From assembly GCA_964016885.1 (NCBI GenBank), contig OZ024749.1:2480001-2544000 (forward strand): a stretch of 64,000 nucleotides of DNA, given 5' to 3'. The notes below the pieces were generated by a model, which was not told the origin of the DNA, made no database searches, and saw only the letters and a program-made list of their open reading frames with translations. A program made the translations under genes and the position numbers. Below are positions 55,479 through 64,000 of this stretch, one piece after another. This DNA is from Eledone cirrhosa. Taxonomy: Eukaryota. The first letter of the stretch is position 1. Each line of letters begins with the position of its first letter.

Positions 55479-55960
55479 ATATTACAGATATAGAGAGAAA
55501 AGGAGGAATAAAGACAGTTCAAGAGTAAACCAATCTTAAATAGTGAGTGGGAAGCGACTAGAGAACTGGGTTCATGCGGAGGTTAGGTGCACAGAGCTGG
55601 AAATATTCATTATTTAGTCTACCACGTCAGTTATACCATAAACGTGATTTTGTCTTTGCGTGTAATTGTTCAAACCATTCGACGTTATGACGTATTATCT
55701 TCGATTTTCCGTTCATTGCCAGAGAACGTCTCCACGAACCACCTAGTAGAATATTTGTCTACGACTTCATTTATACCATAAACGTGATTTTGTTTATGCG
55801 TGTAATTGTTTTCAATGCTCCAAATAATGACGTATTATCTTCGTTTTTCCCGTTATTTGCCAGGGAACGTTTCCACGAACCAAAGTATCGTCTTCCTGTC
55901 TTCCTTCGGTTGCAACGTTTTTCGAAATATTTACTTCTGCGTTCACAGATTGATTTTTTT

Positions 55961-56011
55961 AGTTTCTGAAGATCCGGTTAAGGGTGAAAGCAGCGATTCT
56001 TTGCTTAAACT
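55961..56011 (+). ncRNA. Complete hammerhead of family G
   Basis: agttt-CTGAAGA-tccggttaagggt-GAAA-gca...tgc-TT-aaact; preceded by a 140-bp-period diverged duplication (55631-55882). Confidence 0.75.
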
Positions 56012-56186
56012 TTAATCTGTTATTTTAATAAATATATATATATATACACACAAGATTAAAATAGTTATGGCTTCTACAGGAATAGAACTGTTTCATTCGA
56101 CGGAAACATTTATAATCCTGTAAAAGCTATTGTACCTTACTTGTTGTGGTTATCCCCGATTGAACCAAGGACGGACACACACACAT

Positions 56187-56223
<37 letters not shown>

Positions 56224-56229
56224 CATTTA

Positions 56230-56266
<37 letters not shown>

Positions 56267-56274
56267 TCTAGGGC

Positions 56275-56500
56275 GGGTAAAATTCCCGAGATCCATGGAC
56301 GAGTTCTCTCCAGCGGTCTCTGTCCCTCATTATCGCTACCATGTCCTGCGTCTCCAACAAACCAGTGTCTATCCTTAGTGCATCAACATACGTTAACCTT
56401 GGTCTTCCTCTTCCAGTCTGTCCATGTAGGGGATCCCACAGGAGCACTGAGTGCAATGTCAAATCTGGATGTCGGTGAGCATGTCCAGCTAAGCTCAGTC
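56275..56500 (-). pseudogene. RTE-like LINE 3' end
   Basis: VLLWDPLHGQTGRGRPRLTYVDAL...MRDRDRWRELV. Confidence 0.8.
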
Positions 56501-56510
56501 TCCTCTATGA

Positions 56511-56761
56511 TCGGTAAGAGTTGGCAGGAATACCAGGAAGACATCGAGTTCAATGTTAATTGAACAAGTACTTTCATGGTTTTGCAATCTTCAGATTCAT
56601 ATTCAGTGGTGACAGTCAAGTTTGCAATTTTCAACAGTTGAAAATTGCAAACTTGACTGTCACCACTGAATGCGAACCTGAAGATTGCGAAAGTATGAAA
56701 GTACTTGTTCAATTAACATTGAACTCGTTGTCTTCCTAGCATTCCTGCCAACACTTACCGA
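56511..56761. mobile_element. ~124-bp-arm palindrome with a hammerhead in each arm (56562-56598 minus, 56674-56710 plus)
   Basis: tcggtaagagttggcagg...ttcaa/cag/ttgaa...cctgccaacacttaccga; gaac-CTGAAGA-ttgc-gaaa-gtat-GAAA-gtac-TT-gttc. Confidence 0.88.
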
Positions 56762-56764
56762 GGA

Positions 56765-57185
56765 TCACGAATCCTGGGTAATGACCAAAAGAATACAATT
56801 GCAAATAAAAGTGGCAGAAATGGGATTCCTCCGAAGCGTCTTAGGAGTAACTCGATAAAGTGCATAACTCAGAGACCAGAGAGTCACTCCAGGTTGAGCC
56901 GCTACTTCTCCGAATGAGAGATCACAACTGTGATATTATGAGTTTGTGGTTAGAATGTCTCAGTAAGGTATCACTGGACAGATTTTACAGACAAAACCAA
57001 CTGGCAAGAGACCCAGAGGTAGACCCTGAGCAAGATAGTTGGATATCATCCATGAGCTTGGCTGGTCACGCTTTGGGATCCAGCTGGATCAGTTGGAGGT
57101 GTTTGCTACTGACAGATTCGCTGGAAGGAGTGTTTGAGAAGGACTCTGCCCCCACGACCCTCTCAGAAATAAGTGGGTGAAGAAG
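56765..57185 (+). pseudogene. RTE-clade LINE 3' end
   Basis: WVMTKRIQLQIKVAEMGFLR...VHNSETRESLQVEPLLLR...PTGKRPRGRP (degenerate). Confidence 0.85.
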
Positions 57186-57426
57186 AAGATATTGTCAATT
57201 TACTTTTCAATTTACATATATCTATATGCATACATATTTGCGTATAATACCAATATACACACTTCATATGGTAGCAGAAAAACGTACGTAGGGCAGGTTT
57301 TTTGCTAGTATGTACAATATATATACACACATATATATACAATATATATATACACACATATATATACAATATATATATATATACACATATATATACAATA
57401 TATATATATACACATATATATATACA

Positions 57427-57496
<70 letters not shown>

Positions 57497-57889
57497 ATAC
57501 ATATATATGTATATAAGCCAGTTCTATATTTAATATATATATATCTTTAAGTCGTTTGGAAGCCTCGACAATGCAAATGGGTAAATCTCCGGGTAACAAG
57601 ATCCGGTGGTGGAGAGAGAGATGTAAGTGGGTGTACGTTGAGATGCGTGGTGTGTATAAGACGTGTAGAAGAATGAAGGAAAGAGTATAAAGGATAAAAT
57701 TAAAATAACAACACGAGAGAGGGTTACCTTGGGAGAGATTAAATTGTATTCTCTCCAACGCCGCCGTGGGCGTTATATTATCTGCATGATGTAGAAAAGA
57801 TTCCATCAGTATTGCCCATATGATATTGGCATCACCTTTAAACTACACCTAAGGCTTGGGTGCCCTGCTAGCAGCCTACAACACAAATC

Positions 57890-58135
57890 AAACTTACATC
57901 TCGTAACAATACGGCACAATTATTTCACCGCAGTTGGACCCTCTTTCTTTAACATTATACCAAAACACATTAAAACAGAAACAGACCCCATAAACTTCAA
58001 GAAGTCTTTTGACAAATTCCTTCGAGAAATTCCGGACATGCCTCCGTAAACAATAACTCTCTACTTGAGTGGGCCATGGTGCCCAAATCCAGATTTGAAA
58101 GACTTCACCAGGTGGTGCTATTAAATTAGACATGG
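57890..58135 (+). pseudogene. CR1/L2-group LINE 3' end
   Basis: FTAVGP..FNIIPKHIK...FKKS.DKFLREIPDMP..NNSL (frameshifted). Confidence 0.65.
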
Positions 58136-58171
58136 CCTGGGCCAAAATTGGCCAAACCCTATCAAAGTTAT

Positions 58172-58222
<51 letters not shown>

Positions 58223-58501
58223 GAGAGAGAGTTAATAGATGAAACAAACAAAACACATGATATGCATGCACACATATTCAAACATACATATATAGATATC
58301 AAAGTCATAAACAATTATGAATTTATATATATATATTCAATGATATTTAATAAATAGAAACTATATTTATATAACCATATTTATTCTATTATATATATTC
58401 CAACGGTACCAAAACTTTAGTACGCTCTCATCAGATAAAATATCCTGGAAGAAGATCTTAACGGTTGGTTCAAGTTTTTCCTGGATAGTATTCCTTTTGA
58501 A

Positions 58502-58559
<58 letters not shown>

Positions 58560-58565
<6 letters not shown>

Positions 58566-58910
58566 TTCAAAATATTAATTAATTCAAAATATTAACAAAA
58601 ATAGACATTAGTGTGATCAGGTATATTTTATTATACATGTTTCAGGGGTACTGAGCTATCTTCAACAGTACGCCCTCATCAGATAAAATAAGATGATGCA
58701 TGTCATACCCTGACTTAGTAGATGGTTAAGAGTCAGTCATGGTAGCCATGACTGAATCTTAACAATGACTGACTCTTAACCATCTACTAAGTCAGGGTAT
58801 GACGTGCATCATCTTATTTTATCTGATGAGGACGTACTGTTGAAACATGTATAATAAAATATACCTGATCACACTAATGTCTATTTTTGTTAATATTTTG
58901 AATTAATATT
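58560..58910. mobile_element. Fold-back cassette with intact hammerhead in the left arm (58624-58690 minus) and helix-II-deleted copy in the right arm
   Basis: Arms ~140-160 bp; minus strand tattttat-CTGATGA-gggcgtactg...cagtacccct-GAAA-catgta-TA-ataaaata. Confidence 0.88.
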
Positions 58911-59289
58911 AATAACTCCGGAAAACCATAACTGTTGAGTTCTTCCAATCCATTGTAAAACTAATTCTTTGATTTATTCATTGAACCTTGTTTAACCTTT
59001 ATATATACATATATATATATATACACATATATATATATATAAAGTGTGCGTGTGTATTTAGATTGTAATCCCCTTTTATTGGAATTTACTCCATAGTTTG
59101 ACGTATTTCACTTTTTCTTAATTTCAGACTAATTTGGTCGGCCATTTTCTCTGCGAGAATTCTTTCGTTCTTTGATTCTTAAGACATCGTAACCATTTAT
59201 AGCTCACGAATTAAATTGCTGTGAGTTGTTTATTTGTACACTTTCTGTCATACTTTGTTCGAGGCATGTCGGTAATTGCAAAGTTCCGG

Positions 59290-59540
59290 TATGTGTACCG
59301 GTATGTTATTACGTGTGTACCGGTATGTTATTACGCGTGTAGGTATATGTTATTACATGTGTAGGTATATGTTATTACGTGTGTACGGCTATGTGTTATT
59401 ACGTGTGTAGGTATATATGTTATTACATGTGTACGTGTATATGTTATTACGTGTGTACGTGTACGTTATTACGTGTGTACGTACATATGTTGTGTGTACG
59501 GGTATATGTTATTACGTGTGTACGTATATGTTATTAGGTG
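59290..59540. repeat. ~20-22-bp degenerate minisatellite (atgttattacgtgtgta)
   Basis: Direct reading. Confidence 0.9.
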
Positions 59541-60447
59541 TGTGAATCTATGTTTAGATTTATGTCTGTTATTATATGTAGATGACTGTATATGTACACG
59601 AGTGTATATTTATTATTGGCGGTCCCAGAATGTTTACTATATTGTCAGTTACACAATTCCGTGTATAGATGTATATACTGTGGATCTATGAATATATCTT
59701 CTTACAGAAATATGATTACATGTATGTTTATTTCACTTATTTATCTGTACGAACGAATAAGGTATGTCTATGATGTATATATATATATACATTACAAACA
59801 AAACCACAAGAATTACAGGGAATTAATGGTTAGTAAATGTAATTTCCTAATTAGCTGAGATATTTCTGGCTTGGTTAATCTAGTCCTGTCATGGCTGGCA
59901 TTGATTCAATTACTAACGTAACCAAGAGATCTCTATAATCACAGGTATAAATCTAAAGCTAAATCCAGGTGTATTACCTGAAGATGCCTCATTAAAAGAC
60001 CATAAAGATTTTCTTTTCCTCTTACATTTAACATTACGTTAATGTTTGCTATAAAGCTGACCACCGCCACCATCACCCACAGTCACCCTCACCGCTATCA
60101 TCACTCACAGTGCCACCAATACCCACAGTCACCACCACCACCACCACCGTCACAATCACCGCCACCATTACCAACACTGCCCACCACCACCACCACCACC
60201 ACCACCCACACCGTGACCATCACCCCACTGCCACCATCACCACGACCACCTGCCACACCGGCACCATCACCACCACCCACACCGGCACAACCACCGCCGC
60301 CATCACCTTCACCACCACCCACACTGCCACCACCAACCAGACCGTATATATATATATATATATATACACCAACATATATTTATGTATATTTATATATATA
60401 ATATCAATAATATTAATAAATGGAAACTATATTTATAAAACCATATT

Positions 60448-60508
60448 TATTTTATTATATACATTTCAAGGGTAGCAAAACATTGGTAGGCCCTCATCAG
60501 ATAAAATA
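60448..60508 (-). ncRNA. Hammerhead in a family H-related cassette (60400-60545; degenerate relative at 58335-58445)
   Basis: tattttat-CTGATGA-gggcctacc...gctaccctt-GAAA-tgtata-TA-ataaaata. Confidence 0.8.
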
Positions 60509-60829
60509 CAAAATTTGTTTTATAAATAGTGACATATCCTTAAATGGTGCAATAGATGATAAAGAGGTTGGGAGAGGGTAGCAAGGAATGAGTGAAGGTA
60601 TTACTCAGCATGATCAAAAACAATAAAAAAAGTACAAAAATACAAAGATAACAAAAGTTTATGAAATGCGCATAATAATATACATGGAACTCTTTTAACC
60701 ATCTTTTGTTCTTATATATTATATATATATATGTATATATACATGTGTGTGTGTTTCCGCGTATATGTGTTAGTGTGTATACATGTGTGTACGTGTATGT
60801 GTGTGCGCGTGTATGTGCGCGTGCGTGTA

Positions 60830-61345
60830 TATGCGCGTGCATTTATGTGTGCGTGCATTTATGTGTGTGTATTTATGTGCGTGTGTATTTATGTGTGCGT
60901 GTATTTATGTGTGTGTACATTTACGTGTGTGTATTTATGTGTGTGTGTGCATTGATGTGTGTGTGTATTTATGTGTGTGTGCATTTATGTGTGTGTGTAT
61001 TTATGTGTGCGTGCATTTATGTGTGTGTTTTCATGTGTGTGTGCATGTGTGTGTGTATTTATGTGTGTGTGCATTTATGTGTGCGTGTATTTATGTGTGC
61101 GTGCATTTATGTGTGTCTATATTTATGTTTGTATGTATTTATGTGTATGCATTTATGTGCGTGTGTATTTATGTATGTGCGTGTATTTATGTGTGTGTGT
61201 GTATTTATGTGTGCATGTATTTATGTGTGCGTGCATTTATGTGTGTGTGTATTTATGTGTGTGTGTATTTATGAGTGTGCATTTATGTATGTGTGTATTT
61301 ATGTCTGTGCGTGTATTTATGTGTGTGTATTTATGTGTGCGTGTA
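60830..61345. repeat. Compound (GT)n repeat punctuated by atttat
   Basis: Direct reading. Confidence 0.95.
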
Positions 61346-61933
61346 TTTCTGCGTGTGCATGTGTCTGTATCGAATTTCCTTCAAAATCTCTTGGTTTAGT
61401 TTATTTTAGTATCTTGTTAGTCTTCAACACACGTTTAGTTGACTATTTACTGTAAACTAATCAACATGCAACAATGTTGTTATTAGTACACTAAAACACA
61501 TTAATATCACTCATATTAGTTGCCAAAATAAATACACGCCTTTCCCCTATGGTTAACTTTTCATTTATTTAGAAAAATTCCTATTCAGTCAACAGCCTCT
61601 CTGGGAATAAAACATCAGCATTTGAAGATTTTCCAATTCCACTTTATTATGTTTTTGTAGGTGTTGTTGTTGTATTTGTTGTGTTGCTGTTGTTTTTGTT
61701 GGGTTGTTATTGTTTTTGTTGGGTTGTTGTTGTTTTTGTATGGGTTGTTGTTGTTTTTGGTGTGTTGTTATTTTAAAAAGTTTGAAGAAAGGGAGAAAAT
61801 AGAAGTTTTTGCTGACAGTTTTTTACATTTCGTTTTACTGTTGAAACAGATCTCTTTCTGTATGCGTATGTGTGTGTATGTGTGCGTGTATATATATGTC
61901 TAAATATTTATGTATGTATATATATATATATAA

Positions 61934-62000
<67 letters not shown>

Positions 62001-62035
62001 CTTAAACATTAATCTGTTATTTTAATAAATATAAG

Positions 62036-62109
<74 letters not shown>

Positions 62110-62110
<1 letters not shown>

Positions 62111-62392
62111 GGATAGCTCACTATCCGGGAGCTTCCAACAGTAATGGTTGCATTATTTAAGGGTATGTCAATATTTATTTATAAAACTGCTCTATATTAT
62201 ATTTTATCTTATGAAAGCACACCATAATTTAACTTGGTGTCCTTCAAATATGTATAATGAAATAAATATGGTTTTATAAATATAGTTTCGATTTGTGAAT
62301 ATTGTATTTTTACTCCAATTATTTGTTGAGTGCTTTATATCAGTTACAAGAATATTTGCTTGTTGTATCCCAACAATTTAAATAGAACTTTT
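62110..62392 (+). mobile_element. Family H cassette, single arm, hammerhead core mutated
   Basis: Close copy of 35523-35798; flanked by (TA)n. Confidence 0.85.
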
Positions 62393-62432
<40 letters not shown>

Positions 62433-62889
62433 ATAAGTATATATATAAATTATACATATATATATATTTATATATATTTAAGTAGTATATATACTAGTTT
62501 ATATATATATATATACACACGTACATACATATATACATATATCTTTCGTCACCTATATATTTCCCACCTCCTCTCTGTCTTTTGACAGTCTCTAGATATA
62601 TTTTACAATTTCACGTCACCCTCTCATTGGCTCTCTCTCTCTTCCTCTCACTCACTATCCTCCACTCAGCCTCCCCCTATCACCCTCAATCAATATCCTC
62701 CACTCAGCCTCCCCCTATCCCCCTCACCGTACCACCCTCACACACTCTCATCCCCCCTCCTCCTACGCCCCTCACTACCCCCACCAATACCTCTCCACTT
62801 TTCACGCAGCTTTCCTCTTTTGCTACCATGAAACGCACCTCATTAAATTATGAAGATATGAAATTGTATATCCTAAAACACAAACACAT

Positions 62890-63700
<811 letters not shown>

Positions 63701-64000
63701 ACACATATATAGACATATACCCACCTATATGTGTGTATGTGTGGTAGTAGTAAAAGACGACTACCTTAGAAAAAGCCATCACAATTCAGTAGAAAAAGAT
63801 GAGATACAAATAAAACAAATCCAAAGAAAGTAATGGCCTCAGCCAGGGTATTTTAACATATTTCGGGCTTTTAGATGTTTCAGATGTCAAGCTGAAACAA
63901 TCCAAAGTAAACTAAACGAACGGAAACCATTATATATATCGTTATATATATATACAATGAATGTTATATATATAAACATACGCACATATATGTGGATGTG

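Noticed and set aside
60042-60475. Proline-rich or His/Thr-rich ORFs
   Set aside because: Degenerate (CAC)n low-complexity tract running into (TA)n.

Overview
This is a eukaryotic, AT-rich, microsatellite-saturated non-coding window with a 200-N gap at 8008-8207. The SINE family and (TA)n/(CA)n/(GA)n density suggest an octopod cephalopod, but that is inference. Almost all ORFs in the track are microsatellite artefacts. The real coding remnants are retrotransposon fragments: two Penelope-like elements (PLE; RT+GIY-YIG at 9201-10285, GIY-YIG at 11935-12360), R4/Dong-like, RTE-like, L1/Tx1-like and CR1-like pieces. There is also one candidate host exon (41746-41815, minus). Other features are more than 20 copies of a tRNA-derived SINE, a Helitron-like element, two TA-flanked MITEs and several minisatellites. 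The main signal is a recurring system of short (100-900 bp) non-coding cassettes from roughly ten unrelated families, mostly embedded in (TA)n tracts. Many carry a minimal type I hammerhead ribozyme (about 15 complete cores read by eye, including U3-A8 and U4C core variants and palindromic helix III). Many are folded back into long inverted repeats whose turn-around point differs between copies of the same family. This looks like (TA)n-targeted PLE termini or retrozyme-like elements whose integration routinely creates DNA palindromes. All alignments and folds were done by eye, so coordinates may be off by a few bases.
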